This document shows positions 35,605-44,665 of a DNA stretch of 64,000 nucleotides, one piece after another (position 1 is the stretch's first letter; each line of letters opens with the position of its first letter). This DNA is from Xanthomonas sp. GTDB taxonomy: Bacteria; Pseudomonadota; Gammaproteobacteria; Xanthomonadales; SZUA-5. Location: contig JAIMJQ010000001.1 of the NCBI GenBank assembly GCA_020693165.1, positions 142 to 64,141 on the forward strand, given 5' to 3'. The notes below the pieces were generated by a model. That model was not told the origin of the DNA. It did no database searches and worked only from the letters and a program-made list of their open reading frames with translations. The position numbers were made by a program, and so were the translations under genes.

Positions 35605-37595
35605 GCGTGCTCCGCGGCGGTGCGTGCCGCCGCCGGCAGGGCGCCGCGGGCAGCTGCTGCGGGTTCAGGCTCGCGTTCACCAACAGCCTGACGCAAGCGG
35701 CGTTCGGTGGCCGCGATCAGGCCGCCGAACATCATCAGCAGCGCGCCCAGCCACACCCAGCGGATCATCGGCTTGTAGTAAAGGCGCACGGCCCATGCCG
35801 AGCCGCCGTCCAGCGGTTCACCCATGGCGATATAGAAATCGGCGAAGAAACCGGCGTCGAGCGCCGCCTCGGTCATTACCTGCCCGCGCAGGTACTGGCG
35901 CTTCTGCGGACGTTGCGTGCTCTGCAACTGGCCATCGCGACGAATCTCGAACACGCCCTCGTCGGCGCTGTAATTGGGTCCTTCCTCGTGGCGCATGCTG
36001 ACCAGCGTGATTTCGCGCCCGCCGACCTCGGCAGTGTCGCCCGGCTGCATGCGCAGATCGCGCTCGATATTCAGCGAATCGGTGACCATGACGCCGATGA
36101 CGAAGATACCGACGCCGAAGTGAGCCAGGCTCATGCCGACCATTTCGGCGGTGAAACGCTTACCCGGACCCGCCTGCCGCAGGCGCCGGATAATGAACAC
36201 CAGGGTGCCGAACGCCACCCAGACGCCAAGGGTAATGCCGAGCACGGCCTTGAGCGGCAGCTCGCGATGGAAGATCCAAGCCAGCGCGCCGACCACCGCC
36301 GCCAGTGCCAGTGCGGTACGCAACAGCAGCATGATCGTGAGCGCGGAATCGCCCTTCCAGCGCGTCAGCGGCCCGAACGGAATCAGCAACACCAGCGGCG
36401 CCATCAGCACCGTGAACATCAGGCCGAAGTAGGGCGGACCGACCGAGATCTTGCCCCAGCCGAAGGCTTCGGCAACCAGCGGATACAGGGTGCCGATCAA
36501 CACCATTGCGCAGGCGGTTGCGAGCAGGATGTTGTTGGCCAGCAGCAGGCTCTCGCGCGAGTACAACGCCACCGGCGGCGCCGACACCAAGCGTGGCGCG
36601 CGGATCGCATACAGCGTCAGCGCACCACCAGCGACGATGCCGAGGAAGATCAGGATGAAGGTGCCGCGCGCCGGGTCGCTGGCGAAGGCATGCACGCTGG
36701 TAAGCACACCCGAGCGCACCAGGAAGGTGCCAAGCAGGCTCAGCGAGAACGCGATGATGGCCAGCAGCAGCGTCCATGCGGCGAACGTACCGCGTTTTTC
36801 GGTGACTGCCTGTGAATGAATCAGCGCAGTACCGATCAGCCATGGCATGAACGAGGCGTTCTCGACCGGATCCCAGAACCACCAGCCACCCCAGCCGAGT
36901 TCGTAATACGCCCACCAGCTGCCGAGCGCGATGCCGAGTGTCAGGAACGCCCAGGCGACATTGGTCCACGGCCTGGACCAGCGCACCCACTGGCGGTCGA
37001 CGCGGCCGTCCAGCAGCGCCGCCACGGCGAAGGCGAAGGCGACTGCGAAGCCGACATAACCCATGTACAGCATCGGCGGATGCACGATCAGGCCGAAGTC
37101 CTGCAGCAGCGGGTTGAGATCGTTGCCGTCGGGCAGCGGCGGCACGTGGCGCTCGAACGGGTTGCTGGTGAACGCGGTGAAACTGATGAAGCCGATCGAG
37201 ACGACGCCGAGCGTCGCCAGTGCGCGGGCCATGAAGCGCTCGGGCAGCTTGTGGCTGAGCGCAGCCAGCGCAACCGTCCACACGCTCAGGATCAGCACCC
37301 ACAGCAGCAGCGAGCCTTCGTGAGCACCCCAGACCGCACTGAAACGGTAGTGCTCGGGCAGTTGCAGATTGGAGTTCTGGGCGACGTAGGCAATCGAGAA
37401 ATCCTGGTTGATGAAACCCAGGGTCAGGATGGTGTAGGCACTGGCGAGGAACACGAAGGAACCGTACGCGGCCGGACGCGCCACGCGCATCATCGACGGC
37501 TCGTTCAGCTGGGCACCGATCATCGGTACCACGGCCTGGACGATCGCCAACAGCAGCGCCAGGATCAGGAAGACTTGACCCAGCTCGGGCATCAT
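35601..37595 (-). CDS. ccmF: Cytochrome c heme lyase subunit CcmF
   Basis: 664 aa polytopic protein with the WWD motif WGGWWFWDPVEN. Confidence 0.96.
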   Translation of the reverse strand: MMPELGQVFLILALLLAIVQAVVPMIGAQLNEPSMMRVARPAAYGSFVFLASAYTILTLGFINQDFSIAYVAQNSNLQLPEHYRFSAVWGAHEGSLLLWVLILSVWTVALAALSHKLPERFMARALATLGVVSIGFISFTAFTSNPFERHVPPLPDGNDLNPLLQDFGLIVHPPMLYMGYVGFAVAFAFAVAALLDGRVDRQWVRWSRPWTNVAWAFLTLGIALGSWWAYYELGWGGWWFWDPVENASFMPWLIGTALIHSQAVTEKRGTFAAWTLLLAIIAFSLSLLGTFLVRSGVLTSVHAFASDPARGTFILIFLGIVAGGALTLYAIRAPRLVSAPPVALYSRESLLLANNILLATACAMVLIGTLYPLVAEAFGWGKISVGPPYFGLMFTVLMAPLVLLIPFGPLTRWKGDSALTIMLLLRTALALAAVVGALAWIFHRELPLKAVLGITLGVWVAFGTLVFIIRRLRQAGPGKRFTAEMVGMSLAHFGVGIFVIGVMVTDSLNIERDLRMQPGDTAEVGGREITLVSMRHEEGPNYSADEGVFEIRRDGQLQSTQRPQKRQYLRGQVMTEAALDAGFFADFYIAMGEPLDGGSAWAVRLYYKPMIRWVWLGALLMMFGGLIAATERRLRQAVGEREPEPAAAARGALPAAARTAAEHA

Positions 37596-38053
37596 GGCGT
37601 GGGCACTCCCTCTTCGGTGGCCTTTTGCGCCTTGCCCTTGGCGATCGCCTCGGCCACTTCCTTGGGCATGTAGTTCTCGTCGTGCTTGGCCAGCACCTCG
37701 TTGGCGGTGAACACTCCGCCGGCCTGCAACACGCCGGTCGCGATCACGCTCTGACCCTCCTTGAACAGATCCGGAAGGATGCCGGTGTACTCGACCGGCA
37801 GATTCTTGAAGCGGTCGGTCACCACGAAATGCGCCTTCAGCGAACTGCCGTCGCGCCGCGTGCTGCCTTCCAGCACCACGCCGCCGAGTCGGAAGGTGCG
37901 GCCCTCAGGCGCGCCGCCGGCAAGTACTTCGCTCGGGCTGTAAAAGTGGTTGACGTTTTCCTGCAGCGCAGTCAGCGCCAGCCCGGTGGCGGCGCCGATG
38001 CCGACGACCAGGCCCAGGATCAGGAACAAGCGACGGCGACGGATTGGATTCAT
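37592..38053 (-). CDS. ccmE: Heme chaperone CcmE
   Basis: The internal ATG at 38053 gives MNPIRRRRLFLILGLVV.... The heme-binding region is LAKHDENYMP. Confidence 0.93.
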   Translation of the reverse strand: MNPIRRRRLFLILGLVVGIGAATGLALTALQENVNHFYSPSEVLAGGAPEGRTFRLGGVVLEGSTRRDGSSLKAHFVVTDRFKNLPVEYTGILPDLFKEGQSVIATGVLQAGGVFTANEVLAKHDENYMPKEVAEAIAKGKAQKATEEGVPTP

Positions 38054-38060
38054 GGCGATC

Positions 38061-38228
38061 TTAAGGATTCCTATGCTGTTCGCGCCGTGCGCGGGCAATC
38101 AGTTCGTTCTTGAGCTTGCGCTGCCGCAACCAGGGCGGCAGCAGGTCGGCGAGCACCAGGATCAGCGTCACCGCCAGCGAAAGGTGAATGTAACCCCAGT
38201 GCCCCTGGGATTCGAGCCAGGCGAGCAT
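38061..38228 (-). CDS. ccmD: Heme exporter protein CcmD
   Basis: 55-aa ORF MLAWLESQGHWGYIHLSLAVTLILVLADLLPPWLRQRKL... whose ATG forms an ATGA overlap with the ccmC stop. It is hidden inside a longer spurious track ORF. Confidence 0.8.
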   Translation of the reverse strand: MLAWLESQGHWGYIHLSLAVTLILVLADLLPPWLRQRKLKNELIARARREQHRNP

Positions 38229-38995
38229 CAGGCGCGCCCCCCGGCCGTTTGCGTCGGCGCCAGCGCATCGCGCACCCACTGCTTGCCGCGTTCCTGTTCC
38301 AGAAGCGTTGCGCGTGTCCGCAACAGCAGCGCAAACACGAAGTACAGTTTGCTGGCCAGCGCCATGATCAGCAGTGGCCACAACATGGAACTGTCGATGC
38401 TGCTGTTGCCCATGATGCGCACGGTTTCGCCCTGATGCAGCGTGTTCCACCATTTAACCGAAAAATGAATGATGGGAACATTAACGACTCCCACCAGCGC
38501 CAGCACGGCGGCTGCGCGTGCCCCCTGACGCAGGTCATCGTAGGCTGAAGCCAGTCCGATCACGCCGAAGTACAGGAACAGCAGCACCAGTTCGCTGGTC
38601 AGGCGTGCGTCCCACACCCAGTACGCGCCCCAGGTCGGCTTGCCCCAGAGCATGCCGGTAATCAGCGTGACCGCGGTGAACATGGCGCCGATCGGCGCGC
38701 AGGCGAGGAACAGCATTTCCGACAGTTTGATGCGCCAGATCAGGGCAATGCCACCATTAACGGCCATCGCCACGTAGATGAACATGCTCATCCACGCCGC
38801 TGGCACATGAATGTAGATGATCCGGAAGCTGTCGCCCTGCAGGTAGTCCGCTGGCGCTCTCGCCAAACCAAGGTACATGGCGATCGCCGTCAGGATCAGC
38901 GCCGAGATTCCAAACCACGGCATCCAGCGCGTTGCGAAGCGATAGAAATACGGCGGCGATCCGAGTTGGTGAAACCAGCGCCACACAGGGTTCAT
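38228..38995 (-). CDS. ccmC: Heme exporter protein CcmC
   Basis: WWD motif WGAYWVWDARL; internal ATG 38995 (MNPVWRWFHQLGSP...). Confidence 0.95.
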   Translation of the reverse strand: MNPVWRWFHQLGSPPYFYRFATRWMPWFGISALILTAIAMYLGLARAPADYLQGDSFRIIYIHVPAAWMSMFIYVAMAVNGGIALIWRIKLSEMLFLACAPIGAMFTAVTLITGMLWGKPTWGAYWVWDARLTSELVLLFLYFGVIGLASAYDDLRQGARAAAVLALVGVVNVPIIHFSVKWWNTLHQGETVRIMGNSSIDSSMLWPLLIMALASKLYFVFALLLRTRATLLEQERGKQWVRDALAPTQTAGGRA

Positions 38996-39002
38996 TGAAA
39001 CC

Positions 39003-39686
39003 TCACGGGGGATTGTCCGATCCAATGCGCAGCGCGGCGGCGGCAGCCGGCGGCGCCAGCGTCAACAGCAAAACCGTCTGCGCGGCGAGCAACAACAGGG
39101 CGCCCTTTGGCGACTCGCCGAGGCGCACCGCGTCGACCGCGCCGCTGCCGAATATCAACAGCGGCAGGTACAGCGGCATCACGATCAGCGCCAGCAAAAT
39201 ACCACTGCGGCGCAGACGTGCCGTCAAGGCCGCCGCAACGATGCCGATCTGGGTCGCACCGAGCGTGCCGATTCCAAGTGCGATCAGCATCACCGGAAGC
39301 AATTCCGCCGGCAGGTTCAGCAGCATCGCCAGCAGCGGCGTCGACAGCGTCATGCCGACACCGTACAGCAACCAGTGCGCCAGTGCCTTGGCATACATCA
39401 AGCCCACGATGGAGGTCGGTCCGGCCAGCCATTGATCCAGCGTGCCGTCATCCACGTCCGGACGGAACAGCCCATCCAGGCTCAGAAACCCGGCCAGCAA
39501 CACGGTGACCCAGATCACCGGTGCCGACACCGGCGCCAGCCGCTCCGGCGTGCCACCGAGCGCAATGCCGAACAACAGCACCACCAGCACCGCAAAACCG
39601 AGCGGCAGCAACAGGTCCGCGCGACGTCGGAACGCCAGCCGCAGGTCGCGCGCCAGCAGCGCCTGGTAAGGGCGCAGGGCGGTCAT
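39003..39686 (-). CDS. ccmB: Heme exporter permease CcmB
   Basis: The internal ATG at 39686 gives MTALRPYQALLARDLRLAFRRRADLLLPLGF.... Six TM segments. Confidence 0.92.
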   Translation of the reverse strand: MTALRPYQALLARDLRLAFRRRADLLLPLGFAVLVVLLFGIALGGTPERLAPVSAPVIWVTVLLAGFLSLDGLFRPDVDDGTLDQWLAGPTSIVGLMYAKALAHWLLYGVGMTLSTPLLAMLLNLPAELLPVMLIALGIGTLGATQIGIVAAALTARLRRSGILLALIVMPLYLPLLIFGSGAVDAVRLGESPKGALLLLAAQTVLLLTLAPPAAAAALRIGSDNPP

Positions 39687-39724
39687 GGCCGGCGAACCAG
39701 AGCAGGTGGAAACGTGCGAACTGC

Positions 39725-39823
39725 GAGGGCACGAGGGCACAAGGGCACGAGGGCACGGAAGCGCAAGTGCGTCGCAACGACCGGCTTTCGCGTGCCCTCG
39801 TGCCCTTGTGCCCTCGTGCCCTC
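39725..39823. repeat. Perfect 33-bp inverted repeat with GAGGGCAC-periodic arms, inserted between ccmA and ccmB
   Basis: The left arm gagggcacgagggcacaagggcacgagggcacg (39725-39757) is the exact reverse complement of 39791-39823. The 33-nt loop starts GAAGCGCAAG. Confidence 0.95.
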
Positions 39824-39831
39824 ACAAGCAT

Positions 39832-40485
39832 TCATCGCGCATGCTCCAGCCGCACGGTGGTCGCCGGCAGTGTGATCGGCAGCACGCCGTGGCTGGTCAG
39901 CATGGCGCTACCGCCGCGGGCAAGGTGGGTGGCGAGCAGGCGCTCGACCACGGCCATGCCCTGGGCGTCGAGGTTGGCGAAGGGTTCATCGAGCAGCCAC
40001 AGCGCGCGTCGACTGGCAGCGAGGCGCGCCAGTGCCGCACGTTTGCGCTGGCCGGCCGACAATGCGCGCGTCGGTGTGTCTTCGTAGCCGGCGAGACCAA
40101 GGTCGACACACAGCGCATCGACGTCGCCGGGATCGGCGTCGCCGCCGATGGCGAGGCCGTAATAAAGATTCTCGCGTACCGTCAGGTCGCCCTTCAGCGC
40201 CAGCAGATGGCCGAGCCACAGCGCACCGGCGCAAAGCGGATGGCGCTCATGCAGCACATCGACGCCGTGGAAGCTGAGTTCATCAGCGGCCAGCGGGTGC
40301 AGGCCGAGCAGCGCGCGCAGCAGCGTGGTCTTGCCGGCCCCGTTGCGCCCTTCGAGCACCAGCAGCTGCCCGGCCGCCAGGTCGATGGCGATCGGAGCGA
40401 ACAACGGTTCCTCGTCGCGCAGGCAGGTGAGCTGCCGCGCTTGCAGTAGCGGGCGGACGTCGGCGATGGCGGCGTTCTGGGACAA
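39832..40485 (-). CDS. ccmA: Heme ABC exporter ATP-binding protein CcmA
   Basis: Walker A GRNGAGKTTLLR, signature LSAGQRKR, Walker B LWLLDEP. The start codon at 40485 is TTG, so the start is uncertain. Confidence 0.92.
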   Translation of the reverse strand: MSQNAAIADVRPLLQARQLTCLRDEEPLFAPIAIDLAAGQLLVLEGRNGAGKTTLLRALLGLHPLAADELSFHGVDVLHERHPLCAGALWLGHLLALKGDLTVRENLYYGLAIGGDADPGDVDALCVDLGLAGYEDTPTRALSAGQRKRAALARLAASRRALWLLDEPFANLDAQGMAVVERLLATHLARGGSAMLTSHGVLPITLPATTVRLEHAR

Positions 40486-40495
40486 GTGCAGCGGG

Positions 40496-40969
40496 TCACG
40501 GTAAAGCGGGCGGCCCGCATCCTACCCATTCGAGGCGCATGTTGGCTATTTGTTGCGGCAGCTTGGCGCCTGCGAACGGCGAATAAAGGCGCAAAGTCGG
40601 CGCCTGCCCGGGGCCGCGCAGGACCAGCACCGCGTGCTGCTGCCAGGCGCGCGCCCAGACATCGACAAGGCCCATGGGTGCCCGCACCAGGAAGCTCGGC
40701 TCGATCCAGCTGGAGTCCGGTGAGCGCCCGCGCGCTGCCAGCCAATCACATTGACTCGACTCGATCTGCCGACGCAGACCCAGGTGCCGCCGTGCGTTTT
40801 CGGACTCCGACAGCGGCCGCGACCACGGATTGCAGGCGCTGATCAGTGTTGCCGGAAGGTCGTCGCGGTAGCAGCCGAGTGCGGACGCGTCGACCCAGCC
40901 ATTGTCGCCCTTGATCTCGTAGATGGCGCTCGCATAGGTGGTCAGTTGCTTTGTGGTCAGCGCAATCAT
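40496..40969 (-). CDS. Hypothetical protein (DUF3293-like by recollection)
   Basis: 157 aa with an ATG start; it ends 10 nt before ccmA. The LISACNPWSRPLSESENARRHLGL block resembles the DUF3293 core as I remember it. Confidence 0.5.
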   Translation of the reverse strand: MIALTTKQLTTYASAIYEIKGDNGWVDASALGCYRDDLPATLISACNPWSRPLSESENARRHLGLRRQIESSQCDWLAARGRSPDSSWIEPSFLVRAPMGLVDVWARAWQQHAVLVLRGPGQAPTLRLYSPFAGAKLPQQIANMRLEWVGCGPPALP

Positions 40970-41065
40970 CGATGCCTCGGCGGCGTCGGGGTGCCTGACC
41001 AGTCGCGCCGGTCGGCGCCCCTATACTGCTCGGAACACGACCGGATTGGAGCGCAGCTCTCGATC

Positions 41066-41878
41066 ATGCCTGCCCAGCTCGCCGCCATCGCCGTCTATCC
41101 GATCAAGTCATGCGCCGGCAATGTCCTGGAATCGGCTGAGGTCGAGCCGCGCGGACTCGCCAATGATCGCCGCTGGATGCTGGTCGACGACGACGGTTGT
41201 TTCCTGACCGGTCGTCAGCTTCCCCGGCTGGTGCGGGTGCGGGCGCAGCCGCTTGCAGGCGGTCGCTTGCGGCTGCATGCGCCGGACGTGGACATGATCG
41301 AGGTTGGCGTTGGGGTCGACGCGGCGCGAATCGATGTCAGTGTGTGGAGCAGTCGCGGCAGCGCAGTCGATGCCGGCAGCGAGGCAGCGGACTGGTTCAG
41401 CGGCTATCTCGGGCGCCGTGTGCGTCTGGTTCATGCCGATGCCGCGATGCGGCGGCCTCTGGCGCCCGAGCATTCGCGCCCGGGCGACGAAACCGCCTTC
41501 GCTGACGGATTTCCGCTGTTGCTGTTGTCGCGCGCGGCCGCTGATGGACTTTCCGAGCGCGTCGGCCGCGACCTCGGGTGGCGCCGTTTCCGGCCGAACC
41601 TGCTGATCGACGGTGTGGCCGCACATGCCGAGGACGGCTGGCGCCGGGTGCGCATCGGAGCGGTCGAGTTCGACGTGGTCAAGCCGTGTGTGCGCTGCGT
41701 CTTCACGACGATCGATCCGGACTCCGCCGTCGCCGAGACGGACGGCGAGCCGCTGAGGACGCTGAAATCCTATCGGCGGGCAGCGCAGGGCATCACTTTT
41801 GGCCAGAACCTGATCGCGCGCAGCACGGGTGCGATCAGGGTTGGCGATGCGGTCGAAGTGCTGGAGACCGCAAGTTGA
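41066..41878 (+). CDS. MOSC domain protein (YcbX-like)
   Basis: The internal ATG at 41066 gives MPAQLAAIAVYPIKSCAG.... Also present are FADGFPLLL, RFRPNLLI and the conserved Cys in VKPCVRCVFTTIDPD. Confidence 0.88.
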   Translation: MPAQLAAIAVYPIKSCAGNVLESAEVEPRGLANDRRWMLVDDDGCFLTGRQLPRLVRVRAQPLAGGRLRLHAPDVDMIEVGVGVDAARIDVSVWSSRGSAVDAGSEAADWFSGYLGRRVRLVHADAAMRRPLAPEHSRPGDETAFADGFPLLLLSRAAADGLSERVGRDLGWRRFRPNLLIDGVAAHAEDGWRRVRIGAVEFDVVKPCVRCVFTTIDPDSAVAETDGEPLRTLKSYRRAAQGITFGQNLIARSTGAIRVGDAVEVLETAS

Positions 41879-41881
41879 ACG

Positions 41882-42610
41882 TCAGGCCGTCGCCCGCGTG
41901 TCGCGCTTGACCAGTTCGGCGGCATCGATGCCCTCGAATGCGCACAGCTCCTTCAAGCCGTATTCCATCACTGCGCGCGCGTGGCCGGTGACGCGCGCCA
42001 GCAGACGATGCATCTGCGCGTCCTTCTCGTTTTTGTTCTGGCACTGGGCCGAGTAGGTTTCGAAGGCGGTCAGTTGCAGCACCAGGTCGGCGACCTGGTT
42101 CGGGCACTCGCAGTCGACCAGACTGCGCACGTCCTGCAATGCGGCAAGTTGCATGTCGTTGTAGCGGCGCATCGGCGCTTGCTGTTCCAGCCGCATCAGG
42201 CCGGTCTCGAGCGGCGTCACTACCGCCTTGGCCGGGTTTTGCGTCAAGTGCTTGACGATCAGCCCGAGCATGTTCGAACGCAGCGCCCGGGCACTGACCG
42301 GCGCGCGCATCAACTGCCGCTGCGGCCCGCGCAAGCGCTCGATCACTTCCCACTTGGCAAAGGCGTAGACGATGACGGTCAGTTCCGGTCGCAGCACGCG
42401 CTCGAATTCGGAAATCGTCAGCTCCGGATTGGCGCCGAGCAGGTCGAGGTCGGCCACCAGTGCGTCCACTTTGAGCTTGCCGGCATGGGCGAGCAGCGTG
42501 GCGCGATCATCGGTCGCCACCGCGACCTGCATGTTGCGTTGATCGGCTTCCTGGGCAGTGGCGCTCAGGTATTGCGGCAGGGTGGAATGAAAGATTGCGA
42601 GGTTGACCAC
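41882..42610 (-). CDS. Hypothetical regulatory-looking protein (receiver-like N-terminus, Cys-containing helical C-terminus)
   Basis: 242 aa with a GTG start, preceded by GGAG 7 nt upstream. The C-terminal block is LVDCECPNQVADLVLQLTAFETYSAQCQ. No family is confidently recognised. Confidence 0.55.
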   Translation of the reverse strand: MVNLAIFHSTLPQYLSATAQEADQRNMQVAVATDDRATLLAHAGKLKVDALVADLDLLGANPELTISEFERVLRPELTVIVYAFAKWEVIERLRGPQRQLMRAPVSARALRSNMLGLIVKHLTQNPAKAVVTPLETGLMRLEQQAPMRRYNDMQLAALQDVRSLVDCECPNQVADLVLQLTAFETYSAQCQNKNEKDAQMHRLLARVTGHARAVMEYGLKELCAFEGIDAAELVKRDTRATA

Positions 42611-42900
42611 GGGTGGGCTCCGAAGGCTGGGAAGAGCGCCACTTTCACATTCGTGAAGTCAACGCCCGGTGCAGTCGGCATGAAGGCAGCGTAGGCGCAC
42701 GGTTTCCGGCGCGAACTGTGACAGTTGCGACGGCGCCGACCGGTCGCCGGTCGGCGAGAGCAACTGCTCTACCAGCGACCCAAAGAATCGCCGCGACGCC
42801 TGCCCATGGCCAGTCCGCGATGCTGCATCGCAGCATGCAACTGATTGATCGCAAGGCGGCAGCGCGTCCTTCGAGGCCACGCCCCAGGGCGGGAGTTTGC

Positions 42901-44472
42901 GTGTACGACTATGTCATCGTTGGCGCCGGTTCGGCCGGGTGCGTGCTGGCCAATCGCCTGAGCGCCAGCGGCAAACATCGGGTGCTGCTGCTGGAGGCGG
43001 GTGGCAGCGACTGGCATCCGTTCATCCACATGCCGGCGGGATTGGCCAAGCTGATCAACGTCAAGTTCCTCAACTGGAATTATCAGACCGAGCCGGAAGC
43101 CGAGCTCGAAAACCGGCGCATGTACTGGCCGCGCGGACGCGTGCTCGGCGGCTCCAGCTCGATCAACGCGATGTGCTACATCCGTGGCCAGCGCGCCGAT
43201 TACGACGCCTGGGCGGCGGCCGGCAATCGCGGTTGGAGTTGGGCCGAGGTGCTGCCGTACTTCCGGCGCTCCGAGGACAACCAGCGTGGCGCCGATTCGC
43301 TGCACGGCAGCGGTGGCCACTTGTCGGTGGAAGACCTGCGCCATGTCAATCCGCTGAGCCGCGTTTTTCTCGACGCCGCCGCGGCCGCCGGTCATCCGCG
43401 CAACGGTGATTTCAACGGCTCCAGCCAGCTCGGTTTCGGCGAGTATCAGGTCACTCAGCGCAACGGGGCTCGGTGCAGCACCGCGGCGGGTTATCTGGCT
43501 GAGGCTGTGAAGCGTCCGAATCTGCGCGTCATCACCCATGCGCAGGCAACCCGCGTGCTGTTCGACCGCGATCGCGCGGTCGGTATCGAGGCGCGCGTGC
43601 GCGGCCGTTTCGAGCGCTTCGAGGCCTCTCGCGAAGTTTTGCTCAGCGGGGGGGCGATCAACTCGCCGCAGCTGCTGATGCTGTCCGGCGTGGGCCCCGC
43701 CGATCACCTGCGCGGACATGGCATCGGTGTGCGCGTCGATGCACCGGGCGTCGGTCGCCACCTGACCGATCACCTGGATATCTGCCTGCTGCGGCGATGC
43801 ACGCAGGCGATCACCTACGACCGCACCAACGACCTCTGGATCGGGCTGCAGTACTACCTCGGGCGCAGCGGCATCGGCACCTCGAACATCGCCGAGACCG
43901 GCGGCTTCGCCACGTCGAAGTACGCCAGCGACGGCCGCCCGGACCTGCAATTCCATTTCGTGCCGGCCTTGCTCGACGACCACGGGCGCAACCGCCTGCC
44001 TGGCAACGGGTTTACGCTGCACGCCTGCCAGTTGCGACCGCAAAGTCGCGGGCATCTGGGGTTGGCCTCCGCCGATCCGTTCCAGGCGCCGCGCATTCAC
44101 GCCAACTACCTGAGCGCGCCCGAGGACCTGCCGATGATGCTGGAGGGCGTTCGTATTGGCCGCGAGATCCTCGCGCAGTCGCCGCTGGCGCCGTATGCAG
44201 GCGAAGAGTTGCATCCGGGCGCGAACACCACCAGCGATGCCGATCTGAAGGCGTTCATCCGGCGCCGTGCAGAGACGATCTACCATCCGGTCAGCACCTG
44301 CCGCATGGGCATCGATCGCGACGCCGTGGTCGATCCCGAGCTCAAGGTGCGCGGCACCAGCGGACTGCGCGTGGTCGATGCCTCGGTGATGCCGACGCTG
44401 ATCAGCGGCAACACCAACGCGCCGACCGTGATGATCGCGGAGAAGGCGAGCGATCTGATTCTGGGCGCCTGA
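42901..44472 (+). CDS. GMC family oxidoreductase (choline dehydrogenase-like)
   Basis: VYDYVIVGAGSAGCVLANRLS (FAD fold), GGSSSINAMCYIRG, and the C-terminal HPVSTCRMG. A GTG start at 42901 with GGGAG 5 nt upstream was chosen over the longer track ORF. Confidence 0.9.
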   Translation: MYDYVIVGAGSAGCVLANRLSASGKHRVLLLEAGGSDWHPFIHMPAGLAKLINVKFLNWNYQTEPEAELENRRMYWPRGRVLGGSSSINAMCYIRGQRADYDAWAAAGNRGWSWAEVLPYFRRSEDNQRGADSLHGSGGHLSVEDLRHVNPLSRVFLDAAAAAGHPRNGDFNGSSQLGFGEYQVTQRNGARCSTAAGYLAEAVKRPNLRVITHAQATRVLFDRDRAVGIEARVRGRFERFEASREVLLSGGAINSPQLLMLSGVGPADHLRGHGIGVRVDAPGVGRHLTDHLDICLLRRCTQAITYDRTNDLWIGLQYYLGRSGIGTSNIAETGGFATSKYASDGRPDLQFHFVPALLDDHGRNRLPGNGFTLHACQLRPQSRGHLGLASADPFQAPRIHANYLSAPEDLPMMLEGVRIGREILAQSPLAPYAGEELHPGANTTSDADLKAFIRRRAETIYHPVSTCRMGIDRDAVVDPELKVRGTSGLRVVDASVMPTLISGNTNAPTVMIAEKASDLILGA

Positions 44473-44497
44473 CGCGAGACTCGCCTTCACAGCGGCT

Positions 44498-44576
44498 CTT
44501 GCGGGTCCAGACTGGTCTGGACGTTGCTGCCCTGCGCCGATGCAAAGGCGTCCAGACCCGTCTGGACCGACAAGTG
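44498..44576. repeat. Family A repeat, inverted pair (diverged)
   Basis: cttgcgggtccagactggtctggacgttgc and gcgtccagacccgtctggaccgacaagtg lie between convergent genes. Confidence 0.8.
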
Positions 44577-44665
44577 CCGGGACACCGATTTGCGCTGGAA
44601 AGTGCTGCGAGAGGGCCGCCGCAAGAGATCTGGAAACCTGGGGAAATCCGCGCAGCGCAAGGCCG

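Noticed and set aside
39712-39830. Possible CRISPR-like or tandem-repeat array (GAGGGCAC units; also GGTGTT, GGAAAAG and AAAACGT units elsewhere)
   Set aside because: The units are 6-8 nt, directly abutting without spacers. They occur as exactly two blocks in inverted orientation. No cas genes are present. This is a foldback, not a CRISPR array.
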